Of a DNA stretch of 64,000 nt, positions 40,004-52,254 are shown piece after piece. The stretch spans positions 3,104,001-3,168,000 of the forward strand of contig OY762209.1 in NCBI GenBank assembly GCA_963665295.1, given 5' to 3'. The stretch comes from Syntrophorhabdaceae bacterium (GTDB taxonomy: Bacteria; Desulfobacterota; Syntrophorhabdia; Syntrophorhabdales; Syntrophorhabdaceae). The notes under the pieces are model-generated. The model had not been told where the DNA came from, searched no databases, and saw nothing but the letters and a program-made list of their open reading frames with translations. How positions within the stretch are numbered: the stretch's first letter is position 1; each line of letters starts with the position of its first letter. The position numbers and the translations under genes are program-made.

Positions 40004-40378
40004 ATGGAAGAGATTAAATGGGATGAAAGGGGGCTGGTTCCCGCGGTAGTCCAGGATGTTCACACAAAAGATGTGCTCATGGTCGCCTACATGAACAAAG
40101 AGGCCTTCGATCTGACATTAAAGACCGGAAAGGCTCACTTCTATTCAAGGTCCAGGAAACAGCTCTGGCTCAAGGGAGAGAGTTCAGGCCACACACAGGA
40201 AGTGAAATCAGTGTACGTGGACTGTGACAACGATACGATTCTCCTTGTGGTCGACCAGAAAGTGGCGGCTTGCCATACGGGATTCTGGAGTTGCTTCTAC
40301 AGGGTCTGGGATGAGGGGTGGAAAATAGTCGGCAAAAAGGTATTCGATGACAAGAAGGTTTATGGAGATAAGACATAA
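40004..40378 (+). CDS. hisI: Phosphoribosyl-AMP cyclohydrolase
   Basis: 'YSRSRKQLWLKGESSG', 'DCDND', 'ACHTGFWSCF'. Confidence 0.96.
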   Translation: MEEIKWDERGLVPAVVQDVHTKDVLMVAYMNKEAFDLTLKTGKAHFYSRSRKQLWLKGESSGHTQEVKSVYVDCDNDTILLVVDQKVAACHTGFWSCFYRVWDEGWKIVGKKVFDDKKVYGDKT

Positions 40379-40814
40379 AGCGCTTTTGTTTCTTGTAAGT
40401 TGTGGATTTATAGGGTATTTCCCTTTTGCACCCGGCACGGCCGCTTCACTCTTCGGGGGAGCGCTTATATATCTTTTCCCTTTTTCTTCCCTCGTGAGCA
40501 ACCTTGCTTTTGTGATTGCCCTGATCCTGGTCTCCGTTGTCTGCGTCAATTGGTTCAATTCGGAGAGCGATGACCCCGGTTATATAGTGATCGATGAACT
40601 GGCAGGCATGTATGTGACCATGGCAGGCCATAGACCCACGGTTTTAAATGTGGTGGCGGGATTCGTTCTCTTCAGGATCTTTGACGTGATGAAGCCCTTT
40701 CCCGTAAACAGGGCTGAAAGACTGAAGGCGGGATACGGTGTTGTGGCGGATGATGTGGCGGCAGGGATCTTTGCGAATATCGGCCTTATAGTCCTGGAGA
40801 AGATAGCGTGGTGA
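40362..40814 (+). CDS. pgpA: Phosphatidylglycerophosphatase A
   Basis: 'APGTAASL', 'DPGYIVIDE', 'FRIFDVMKPFP', 'DDVAAG'. Confidence 0.93.
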   Translation: MEIRHKALLFLVSCGFIGYFPFAPGTAASLFGGALIYLFPFSSLVSNLAFVIALILVSVVCVNWFNSESDDPGYIVIDELAGMYVTMAGHRPTVLNVVAGFVLFRIFDVMKPFPVNRAERLKAGYGVVADDVAAGIFANIGLIVLEKIAW

Positions 40815-41287
40815 CGGAAGCAAAAGTGGGCGGACTTTTGAGGAAAAAAGGCTTGAAACTGGCGGTGGCTGAGTCATGCACGGGCGGTCTCATTGCAAAG
40901 AGGATCACCGACGTGGCCGGGGCCTCGGACTATTTTGATCTGGGTATGGTAAGCTATAGCAATAAGGTCAAGGAGCGGTTTCTCGGAGTCCCTGAAAACG
41001 TACTCTGCGAAAAAGGCGCGGTGAGCCCTGAGGTCGCCCTTGCTATGGCAACGGGCGTGAGAAAGGCGGCACTGTCGGATATAGGACTGTCCGTCACGGG
41101 GATTGCCGGACCTGGAGGAGGCACGGCGGAGAAGCCCGTGGGCACAGTCTATATCGGTCTGTCCTGGAGTGACAGGGTCCTTGTCAGGAAGCACCTGTTT
41201 CATGGCGACAGATCGGCCATAAGAGAAGAGACGTCGGAGGAGGCATTGAAGCTGGTCCTGAACTGCCTTGAAGGGAAACTTGAATGA
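40808..41287 (+). CDS. CinA C-terminal domain protein / NMN deamidase (PncC)
   Basis: 'AESCTGG', 'GAVSPEVA', 'TGIAGPGGG', 'KPVGTV'; no N-terminal MocF domain. Confidence 0.92.
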   Translation: MVTEAKVGGLLRKKGLKLAVAESCTGGLIAKRITDVAGASDYFDLGMVSYSNKVKERFLGVPENVLCEKGAVSPEVALAMATGVRKAALSDIGLSVTGIAGPGGGTAEKPVGTVYIGLSWSDRVLVRKHLFHGDRSAIREETSEEALKLVLNCLEGKLE

Positions 41288-41829
41288 GAGCGTTTCTCGC
41301 CATTGAAGTCCCTCCGGTGGTAAAGGATTACCTCCAGTCCGTCATCTCAGGTATGGCGTCCCGGGTGAAAGACATACGGTGGGTGAAAAAGGGTGGGCTT
41401 CACATTACCCTGAGATTCCTGGGAGACATCGAGAAAGACAAGGCGGAGCAGATCCGGGAGGCGGTTTCTGTAATTCGAACGGCCTATAGCCCCTTCCCGG
41501 CATCCATAGAAGGGATCGACGCTTTTCCCAGCAGAAGGAGGGCGCGGGTCGTGGTGGTTACCATGAAGGAGGGGGTTTCGGGCATAAAGAACATTTTCAG
41601 TGACGTGGAAAGGGGTCTTTCGACGTTGAACATAGAGCCGGAGGAGAGGGAATATACACCCCACATCACCCTCGGGAGGGCAAAGATGCCCGCTCCCCTG
41701 CTTGAAAAGGATATTATGCCTCTAGAGGAAAAGAGGTTTACTGTGGATGGGGTAGTGCTGTTTCAAAGTACCCTTACAAAAGAAGGAGCGGTCTATACCC
41801 CGGTATGGGATATAAAACTTGGAGGATGA
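41284..41829 (+). CDS. thpR: RNA 2',3'-cyclic phosphodiesterase (2'-5' RNA ligase)
   Basis: 'MRAFLAI' and two HxT motifs, 'HITLRFLG' and 'PHITLGR'. Confidence 0.93.
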   Translation: MRAFLAIEVPPVVKDYLQSVISGMASRVKDIRWVKKGGLHITLRFLGDIEKDKAEQIREAVSVIRTAYSPFPASIEGIDAFPSRRRARVVVVTMKEGVSGIKNIFSDVERGLSTLNIEPEEREYTPHITLGRAKMPAPLLEKDIMPLEEKRFTVDGVVLFQSTLTKEGAVYTPVWDIKLGG

Positions 41830-41833
41830 GAGA

Positions 41834-42846
<1,013 letters not shown>

Positions 42847-42850
<4 letters not shown>

Positions 42851-45474
42851 ATTCGAAAGAGATAAGAAGATTATTTTTGGACTATTTCGCCGGAAAAGGC
42901 CACACCATAGTGCCCAGCGCATCGCTGGTTCCGGAGAAGGACCCCAGCCTGCTGTTCGTGAACGCAGGCATGGTGCAGTTCAAGAACCTGTTCCTGGGGA
43001 TCGAGAAAAGGGATTACACGAGGGCGACTACGTGTCAGAAGTGTGTGAGGGCCGGAGGGAAGCATAACGACCTCGACAATATCGGAAAGACTCTGAGGCA
43101 CCACACCTTCTTCGAAATGCTCGGTAATTTTTCTTTTGGCGACTATTTCAAGAAGGAAGCGATAGGTTATGCGTGGGAATTCCTGACCGACGTGCTCGAG
43201 CTCGACAAGGAAAAGCTGTGGATCACGGTATACGAGGAAGACGACGAAGCGGCGGTGATCTGGCAATCCATCGGGGTCAGGCCGGACCGGATCGTCCGGA
43301 TGGGTGAGAAGGACAACTTCTGGTCCATGGGCGATGAAGGTCCGTGCGGTCCCTGTTCCGAGATCATTTATGACCTGGGCGAGGATGTTGGGTGCAAGCG
43401 GCCCACGTGCAAGGTCGGATGCGAGTGTGACCGGTACCTGGAGATATGGAACCTTGTTTTCATGGAATTCGAACGTACGAAAGACGGGGAGATGAGGAAG
43501 CTGCCCCGGCCGTCTATAGATACGGGCATGGGATTTGAGAGGATCACTTCTGTCTTGCAGGGCAAAATAGGCAATTATGAGACCGACCTTTTTGCTCCGA
43601 TCATCAGGAAACTTGAAGACATTTCCCATAACGTTTACGGCGAGAGCGAAAAAATAGACGTGGCCATGAGGGTCATTGCGGACCATGCCCGGGGCGCCAC
43701 TTTCATAATCAATGATGGCATATTGCCGGGAAAGGACGGCAGGGCTTACGTACTGAGGAGAATTATCAGGAGGGCGCTCAGGTACGGGAAGAAGATCGGT
43801 ATCGAGAAAGAGTTCCTCCACGACCTCTCGAGCGCGGTGGTCGATCTCATGGGGGATGTGTACCCGGACATAAAGAATAACCATCCCTACATAGCGGGTG
43901 TAATCCGGGGCGAAGAAGAACGGTTCATGGAAACCCTCAATGTGGGAATGAAGGTTTACAATGAGATCGAAGAAGAGATCAAGGCGAAAGGGGAACACAT
44001 CATACCCGGCGACCTTGTATACAAACTCTATGATACCTATGGTTTTCCCCTTGATATTACCGCCGAGATGGCGGAAGAGGACGGTCTGGTCCTCGATATG
44101 CCGGGATTCCAACTCGCTCTGGAGGATCAGAAGACGAGATCGCGGGTAGGATCGAAACTCAAGGGTGAGACCTTGGGCGAAGGCCAGATATCCGTGCTCA
44201 AGGAAGGCATCACAAGCCGTTTTGTCGGATATGAGGATCTCGAAGTCGAGAGCGCTTTTGTGATAAGCATGTTAAAAGACGAGAAGCCGGTCCTCGAATT
44301 GCATGAAGGCGAGACGGGCAATGTGTTCTTTGATACCACCCCGTTTTATGCGGAAAGCGGCGGTCAGGTGGAAGATGAAGGTGCGGTGACCTGGGCCGGC
44401 GGGAAGGCGAGGGTCGTTGCCGTCGAGAAGGTCAAGGCTGATCTCTTTTCCCATGACCTGGTGATTGGGGAAGGTACCCTCAAAAAGGGTCAGAAAGTCC
44501 GTCTTGAAGTAGATACGGACAGGCGGCGGTCCATCGCCAGGAACCATACGGCTACCCATCTTCTCCAGTATGCCTTGAGACAGGTACTGGGAGATCACGT
44601 CAAGCAGTCCGGTTCACTGGTAGAGAGGGACAGACTCAGATTCGATTTTACCCACTTCCAGGGCCTCGATGCGGCGGAGATAGCCAGAGTGGAAGACATC
44701 GTAAATGAGAAGATTATGTCGTGCGCAAGCGTTTCGATCCTGACAAAGAACCGGGAAGAGGCGATAAAGGAAGGGGCGACGGCGCTCTTTGAAGAGAAGT
44801 ACGGTGAAACAGTCAGGGTTGTGCGCATCGGCGACTTCAGTGTGGAGTTATGCGGTGGGACCCATGTGAAGAACACGGGGGAAATAGGCAGCTTCTACGT
44901 GATAAGCGAAGGTTCCCTTGCCTCCGGGGTGAGGCGAATCGAGGCTACAACAGGCAAAGGGGCGCTTCTCCACAAAAGAAAACTGGACGGCATCCTCAAG
45001 TCCATATCAAGGGCCTGCAATACGGAACCGGAAAGAATCCAGGAAAAAGTGGAGTCCCTGATCGTCGAACTGGATAAGAGAGAAAAGGAAATAGAGCGGC
45101 TGAAGGGGGAGATGGTACTGTCCCGGGTAGACGAGGCGATCAATGGCGCCTACGAGAAGGACGGGGTGAAGTTCATACCCATGTATGTTCCCGGCGGAAA
45201 AGCCGATGATCTGAGGAAAGTAACCGATATTATAAGGGATAAGGCAAAGAGCTGCGTCGTCCTTGTAGGCTCGGTGGAAGACGGCAAAGGTATGCTCGTC
45301 GTGGCGGTGAGTCGTGATCTGCAGCCTACTTTCCATGCAGGGAAAATCGTCAAGAAGATTACCGAGAAATACCAGGGAAAGGGCGGCGGAGGTCCCCAGA
45401 TTGCACAGGGTGGCATTCCGGGTGACAGCGTTCTCACTGTGCTCGGGAATATCAGGGATGTTATCGATGGCTGA
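42847..45474 (+). CDS. alaS: Alanine--tRNA ligase
   Basis: 'NAGMVQFK', '[18 protein letters not shown]', 'NHTATHLL', 'ELCGGTHV', 'GVRRIEA'. Confidence 0.98.
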
Positions 45475-45576
45475 CCGGCTGATAGTACGGGCTCGTATGT
45501 TCAGGACGAACAATAGGCACGCGAGCCCCTTTCAGATATACAGGCAACGAAATTCTGCGGATGTTTTGGGGGTTCC

Positions 45577-46245
45577 ATGAAGGAGTATCAGGATCGTGTA
45601 AGAGCGGCCAGTTTTTTTTCCGTGTTAACGGATGCGGAATTGGCCATCCTGCTGAAGATTGCAAGGGTACGAAAATTCAGCAAGAACTATGTAATTTTTG
45701 AGGAAGGGGACACCAGAGCAGCGCTGCACATCGTGCTTTCCGGTAAAGTGAAGATCTCTCTCTACGACGAAGAGGGCAAGGAATACGTGCTCGATATAAT
45801 CGGCAGCGGAGGGTTTTTCGGCGAACTTTCCATGTTTGACGAACTGACCGGTTTCGCCAATATCATCGCCTCGGAAGAAACTGAATGCGTGGTAATTCAA
45901 AGGCAGGACTTCGTAAATCTGCTCATGGACAATCCCGCCTTTACGGTGAATGTGCTGAAGACGTTGATAAAGAAGCTGAGGGCCGCAAACGAGAGGATCA
46001 AGGGGCTTGCCTTTCTGAACGTGGAGAACAGGATCCTGAAATACCTTATGGAAATCGGAGAGAAGTCGGGGGTTAAGGTAAAAGACAGGGTAATTGTCGA
46101 GCGGGGACCCACACAGGTGGAAATTGCGAACTCCTGCGGCTGTTCGAGGGAGACAGTCTCGCGGATGATAAAGAGCCTTGTGAACAAAGGCAAGATCAGC
46201 GTCATCAAAAGGCAGTATACGCTTCGTCCCGTGTATCCTACCTGA
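45577..46245 (+). CDS. Crp/Fnr family transcriptional regulator
   Basis: cNMP-binding fold ('FFGELS') plus HTH 'TQVEIANSCGCSRETVSR'. Confidence 0.93.
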   Translation: MKEYQDRVRAASFFSVLTDAELAILLKIARVRKFSKNYVIFEEGDTRAALHIVLSGKVKISLYDEEGKEYVLDIIGSGGFFGELSMFDELTGFANIIASEETECVVIQRQDFVNLLMDNPAFTVNVLKTLIKKLRAANERIKGLAFLNVENRILKYLMEIGEKSGVKVKDRVIVERGPTQVEIANSCGCSRETVSRMIKSLVNKGKISVIKRQYTLRPVYPT

Positions 46246-46349
46246 CTGAAAGCAGCCTTGTTCGCAATGTAGTCGTTGACAAGGCGTTTCGAAAGATATT
46301 ATAGTCAAAGATCTGAAAGCTGGGAAATAACAAGGGAAAAGAGAGAACG

Positions 46350-47582
46350 ATGAATAGCGGGGAATTAAAGGAGCGGCTGGAACAAAAAGAACAGGAGTTG
46401 AGAATACTGCACGAAGTGGCTCAGGATATCAGCAGCAACCTTGACCTTCATGAGCTTCTCGTAAAAATAGTCGACATGGTTATGAATACCATTGCCGCTG
46501 ATTCGTGCCTGATTTATCTGTACGATAAGCATAACGAAGAGCTTACCCTCACAGCGTCAAGTAACGCGGACCACAAGATGCTGGGAAGGGTGAAACTCAA
46601 AATAGGCGAAGGTGTTACGGGTTGGGTTGCAAAAGAGAAGAAGCCCCTGGCCTTGGAAGCCAAGGCCTACAAGGATCAGAGATTCAAAACCTTCACATCC
46701 CTGGACGACGAAAAATATGAAGGCTTCCTCTCCATACCTATTCTCTCCAAGAATGAGATCGTGGGTGTAATGAACATCAGAAACCGCAAGGAACATCGTT
46801 ACCCGACCCACCAGATAGATCTCCTGTTCACTGTGGGCAGGTATCTGGGGAGCGCCATTGCAAATGCGAGGATCTACGAGGAAGTGGTGAGCAAGGCAAA
46901 ACAACTCGACCTGCTCTCGGAAGTATCCCGTACCATCGTTTCCGATTATTACCTGAAGGAGATCCTCCAGCTTATTGTCACCATGACCGCGGAAGTGATG
47001 GATTCGAAGATATGTTCGATAATGCTTCTGGATGAGAAGAAGGAAGAGTTGATCATCGCTGCCACCCAGAGCCTGAGCCAGGAGTACCTGAGCAAGCCGA
47101 ACCTGAAGGTCGGCCAGTCGGTGAGCGGCAGGGTGGTTCTGGAGAAGAAGCCCATTACCGTCGAGGACGTGACAATGGAGAAGGGCTTTATGTTTCCCGA
47201 TGTGGCGAGAAAGGAGGGCATTGTATCACTTCTCTCCGTTCCCATGATGATCAAAGACAGGGTCGTAGGGGTTATCAACAGCTATACCCAGAGCGAACAT
47301 AACTTCAATAAAGAGGAAATTGACATTCTTCAGACAGTGGCCAATCAGGCTGCCGTGGCCATAGAAAACACCCACCTGAGTCAGGAGATATTCGCCGCAA
47401 AAGAGGCCCTCGAAGCCAGAAAGACCATTGAGCGGGCAAAAGGAATACTGATGAGGGAATTGGGCGTCTCCGAGGATGAGGCATACAAGAAGATCCACAA
47501 GAAGAGTATGGACCTCAGAAAGACCATGAAAGAGATTGCCGAGGCAATCATCCTGACCTTCGACCTCAAGAGAAAGATTTAA
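46350..47582 (+). CDS. GAF-GAF-ANTAR RNA-binding antitermination regulator
   Basis: Two GAF repeats ('GEGVTGWVA', 'GQSVSGRV...LLSVPM'); C-terminal ANTAR 'RKTIERAKGILM...SEDEAYKKIHKKSMD...MKEIAEAI'. Confidence 0.93.
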   Translation: MNSGELKERLEQKEQELRILHEVAQDISSNLDLHELLVKIVDMVMNTIAADSCLIYLYDKHNEELTLTASSNADHKMLGRVKLKIGEGVTGWVAKEKKPLALEAKAYKDQRFKTFTSLDDEKYEGFLSIPILSKNEIVGVMNIRNRKEHRYPTHQIDLLFTVGRYLGSAIANARIYEEVVSKAKQLDLLSEVSRTIVSDYYLKEILQLIVTMTAEVMDSKICSIMLLDEKKEELIIAATQSLSQEYLSKPNLKVGQSVSGRVVLEKKPITVEDVTMEKGFMFPDVARKEGIVSLLSVPMMIKDRVVGVINSYTQSEHNFNKEEIDILQTVANQAAVAIENTHLSQEIFAAKEALEARKTIERAKGILMRELGVSEDEAYKKIHKKSMDLRKTMKEIAEAIILTFDLKRKI

Positions 47583-47636
47583 CACCTCTTTGCATCAGCC
47601 CTCCGGTTGACCGGGTTCCGCCCTTCCGTACCGGCA

Positions 47637-47665
47637 GGTTACCATATGGGTCAGGCGGGAACTTG
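47637..47665 (+). promoter_or_regulatory. Bipartite motif GGTTAmCA-N16-ACTTG, copy 1 (candidate alternative-sigma promoter)
   Basis: GGTTACCA 47637-47644 and ACTTG 47661-47665; same spacing as copy 2 at 48386. Confidence 0.5.
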
Positions 47666-47691
47666 ACACGGGGTGCTGAAAGGAGTATTAT
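47663..47691 (+). promoter_or_regulatory. Sigma70-type promoter upstream of the sigma-factor leader
   Basis: TTGACA-N17-TATTAT. Confidence 0.7.
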
Positions 47692-47701
47692 AAACTTAAG
47701 T

Positions 47702-47796
47702 AGACATTGAAGTCTCCTGGTAGAGGCTGCTAATAAAAGTTAGGCGGACTTAGGCGTCCAAATCACCATGGGTGGTTTGAACGCCTTTTTTGTTTT
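47702..47796 (+). promoter_or_regulatory. ANTAR-target dual hexaloop leader overlapping an intrinsic terminator
   Basis: AGAC-ATTGAA-GTCT (47702-47715) and GGAC-TTAGGC-GTCC (47746-47759). The second hairpin overlaps the terminator AGGCGTCCAAATCACC-ATG-GGTGGTTTGAACGCCT-TTTTTGTTTT. Confidence 0.75.
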
Positions 47797-47822
47797 CGTC
47801 CGCGACAAACGAGGTGGCGAAC

Positions 47823-48386
47823 ATGGAGAGAAACAGGGTTACCAATGAGGACGGAAAATGGGGCATGACCTTCGACAGCCTTGTGCACAGGATATCCCCT
47901 ACGCTTAAAAGAATCACGAAGCGGCTGAACGGCCACTTCTCTTTCTTTAACGATGAAGACCTGTACCAGGAGGCGCTGACCCACCTGTGGGTCGATTACA
48001 GGGAAGGCGTGCTTGGCGACAAGACCGACAGCTATATTCTGCAGGGGTGTTATTTTCACCTGAGAAACTACCTCCGCAAGGTTCAGGATAATGTGGTCGT
48101 CTTGAGCTTCAACGCCCCTGTCGGCGAAGACGGTACGAGATTGGAGGATCTGGCGGCGATTGATGACGGGGTTCGCTTCGATCATCTGGAAAGCAGGCTG
48201 CAAATGGAGGTGGCGGAGAAGAGATATTTTACGGAGAGAGAAAAGAATGTGTTGATGCTCTTTCTGGAAGGCATGTCGATGAGGGAAATCGGCAGCAAGC
48301 TCGGCATATCCCACGTGATGGTGCTGAAAATAAGGAACCGGATCAAAGACAAATATGTACAGTTCAATAAGGAAACGCAAAATTAG
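47823..48386 (+). CDS. Alternative sigma-70 family factor (regions 2 and 4 only; ECF/SigH-like)
   Basis: Region 2 'EDLYQEALTHLW'; region 4 'FTEREKNVL...EGMSMREIGSKLGISHVMV'. Start could be 47823 or 47865. Confidence 0.88.
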   Translation: MERNRVTNEDGKWGMTFDSLVHRISPTLKRITKRLNGHFSFFNDEDLYQEALTHLWVDYREGVLGDKTDSYILQGCYFHLRNYLRKVQDNVVVLSFNAPVGEDGTRLEDLAAIDDGVRFDHLESRLQMEVAEKRYFTEREKNVLMLFLEGMSMREIGSKLGISHVMVLKIRNRIKDKYVQFNKETQN

Positions 48387-48414
48387 GTTAACAGACTCTT
48401 GATGGTGCGACTTG
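48386..48414 (+). promoter_or_regulatory. Bipartite motif GGTTAmCA-N16-ACTTG, copy 2
   Basis: GGTTAACA 48386-48393 and ACTTG 48410-48414. Confidence 0.5.
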
Positions 48415-48447
48415 TAGTATTATAGCCCAAAGTAAGGGCATAGAAAT

Positions 48448-48500
48448 CACGTTGATGTGGATTGAAACGACGGCGTTCTGGCAAAACAGAGCGCCGTCTT
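48448..48500 (+). promoter_or_regulatory. Second ANTAR-like dual hexaloop leader with overlapping strong hairpin
   Basis: CAC-GTTGAT-GTG (48448-48459) and AAC-GACGGC-GTT (48466-48477), both with G at loop position 4. The second overlaps GACGGCGTTCTG-gcaaaa-CAGAGCGCCGTC. Confidence 0.55.
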
Positions 48501-48687
48501 GCGTTGCAGTCGGGTGGCAGGGACATGTCGGGACGGGTGATCCTGGAGGCGTCTACCGGAAAACATAAAGGAGGTGGAGGGAAGGACTGTGTGAAACAGT
48601 TTGCAAGAAGGGCAGTCGAGATAGTAAAACGTTGGATGACAAAGAATTCCGTGTTCCGGCACGGAGCACAAAATCAGGAGGTGTGAA

Positions 48688-49638
48688 GTGAAATTGGCGA
48701 GATATTTACTGCTATTTTTCGTGTTATCATTTTTCGCATGCACAGGTATTCTCCATGCAGACGAAGCAAAGGCACCGGAAGCAAAAGGCATCGATAAGAC
48801 CATAAAGGTTGCGGGCGATCAGGCAGCCGAGGGTGCTCAGAAAGAGGTTCCCAAAGCGGACGCTCCCAAAGCGGAGGAGCCGCCGGCCCTTACGGGCAGC
48901 GTATCAACCGCTGTTTTAAACAGGTACATCTTCCGTGGATACCGGATCGGTGAAAGCGGGCTTGTAATCCAACCGTCCGTTTCCGCTTCGTTCAAAGGCT
49001 TTACCGCAACGTACTGGGGGAACTATGATACCCACCAGACGAACACCACGTCCGCCACATTTGCGAGTGAGGGGCAGGGAGGATACAATGAAACGGACTT
49101 GACCTTGAGTTATACCTACACGATAAACAAGCTCTCTCTGACGGGCGGGTATATCCACTATGAGTTGAGGTACGCAAAGTCGACGGGTGAGTTCTTTACC
49201 ACCATCGCCTATGATATGCTCACAAAGCCTACCCTGTCAGTCTACCAGGACGTGAGCGCCTATCCCGGGACCTACCTCAATCTTTCCTTTGCCCATTCCT
49301 TCAACCTTCCTAAGGATATAACCCTCGATCTCGGTGCGTCTTTCGGATATGAGGCGGGACAGGGAAGATACTGGGAGACCTATCAGCCTTCCACGGCGGA
49401 CTACAGTGGAAGCAAGTACAAGGGGTTCCACGACGGTATGGTAAAAGCGGGGTTTACGATCCCTGTGACCAAAGCCTTTCTTGTCCAGCCTGTGTATCAG
49501 TACTGGTTCCCCCTCTCGGCGGATTCGAACAGGACCTATGGTACCGACCCGGCGAGCGGTCTCCGGATACCCTATAACCCGAACGGCTATCTCACGAGCA
49601 GCCAGGTGTATGGAGTGAACTTTGTGTATAATTTCTAG
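48688..49638 (+). CDS. TorF/Gcw_chp-like outer-membrane beta-barrel protein
   Basis: Signal peptide, 'NRYIFRG', 'VIQPSV', 'ETDLTLSY', C-terminal Phe; lies upstream of amtB-glnK. Confidence 0.75.
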   Translation: MKLARYLLLFFVLSFFACTGILHADEAKAPEAKGIDKTIKVAGDQAAEGAQKEVPKADAPKAEEPPALTGSVSTAVLNRYIFRGYRIGESGLVIQPSVSASFKGFTATYWGNYDTHQTNTTSATFASEGQGGYNETDLTLSYTYTINKLSLTGGYIHYELRYAKSTGEFFTTIAYDMLTKPTLSVYQDVSAYPGTYLNLSFAHSFNLPKDITLDLGASFGYEAGQGRYWETYQPSTADYSGSKYKGFHDGMVKAGFTIPVTKAFLVQPVYQYWFPLSADSNRTYGTDPASGLRIPYNPNGYLTSSQVYGVNFVYNF

Positions 49639-49705
49639 TTTCAGCAGTATTTTTGCCGCAGTGTTGCGGTAACCCCCTGACTGATCAGGTTCTAATCGCA
49701 TTAAA

Positions 49706-49761
49706 AGACATTGAAGTCTCTTTGAGCTACGCCTCTTGCCGCACCAGAGGCGAGGCGTAGC
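49706..49761 (+). promoter_or_regulatory. ANTAR-type hexaloop hairpin (exact 15-nt copy of 47702-47716) followed by a 10-bp hairpin
   Basis: AGACATTGAAGTCTC at 49706-49720; GCTACGCCTC...GAGGCGTAGC at 49726-49761. Confidence 0.6.
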
Positions 49762-49886
49762 GCGGAAGTACCGTAAACGGACTGTCCGGTTCGCAAGGTT
49801 GTTGCCCGAGGTGCGTGCAGATGCGGGATTCGGAATTCGGAAAACAGGCTCAAGAACGGCTATTTCCAAACTGGAGGAGGAAGACT

Positions 49887-50153
49887 TTGAGTGACGAAAC
49901 AGACGAAAGGATTCCGGCGCATTGGTATGAGGCAACAGAGTCGAGGTATGTATGTTTGTGCTGTCACAAAGTCTTTAGTCGGGTATATAAGCCCAGAAAC
50001 ATCCTCCGAAGGAAGAAGAAAGGCCGCGGGGCCAACATGTTCTCCCTGTGGGCCTGGCACAACTTCAGGAAACATTTGTTGAAGTGCTGGGGCAACCGCA
50101 GTCTTCCGGGAAGGGAATCATCGGGCCACGGTAATATGGGCAAAACCGACTGA
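49887..50153 (+). CDS. Small basic Cys/His protein (putative zinc finger), 88 aa
   Basis: GGAGGAGG 6 nt before TTG; 'YVCLCCHK...HNFRKHLLKC'. Confidence 0.55.
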   Translation: MSDETDERIPAHWYEATESRYVCLCCHKVFSRVYKPRNILRRKKKGRGANMFSLWAWHNFRKHLLKCWGNRSLPGRESSGHGNMGKTD

Positions 50154-50183
50154 CACGGGTAGCCGAAAAAAAGGAGGCTCAAG

Positions 50184-52107
<1,924 letters not shown>

Positions 52108-52124
52108 TGAATTGATGCGCGACC

Positions 52125-52167
52125 GGCCGCGGGGCAGGTCATTAATGTCCGCCCCGCGGCCCTGTTT
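52125..52167 (+). terminator. Hairpin/terminator after glnK
   Basis: GGCCGCGGGGC...GCCCCGCGGCC followed by ctgttt. Confidence 0.55.
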
Positions 52168-52219
52168 GAACAGGAGAAGAGGTTTTTTTCGACAAAAGGC
52201 AAAAAAAAGAAGAATTTAT

Positions 52220-52248
52220 TTGACAAGCATTATTACTAATGGTATATA
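52220..52248 (+). promoter_or_regulatory. Sigma70-type promoter with no downstream + strand gene
   Basis: A-tract, then TTGACA-N17-TATATA. Confidence 0.55.
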
Positions 52249-52254
52249 ACGATC

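Noticed and set aside
48850..48875. Short direct repeat CCCAAAGCGGA in the porin gene
   Set aside because: Encodes a low-complexity PKAD/PKAE linker; not an array
49891..50082. Alternative 63-aa GTG ORF using the same SD as the 49887 ORF
   Set aside because: Poorer SD spacing and less protein-like; the 88-aa frame runs up to amtB
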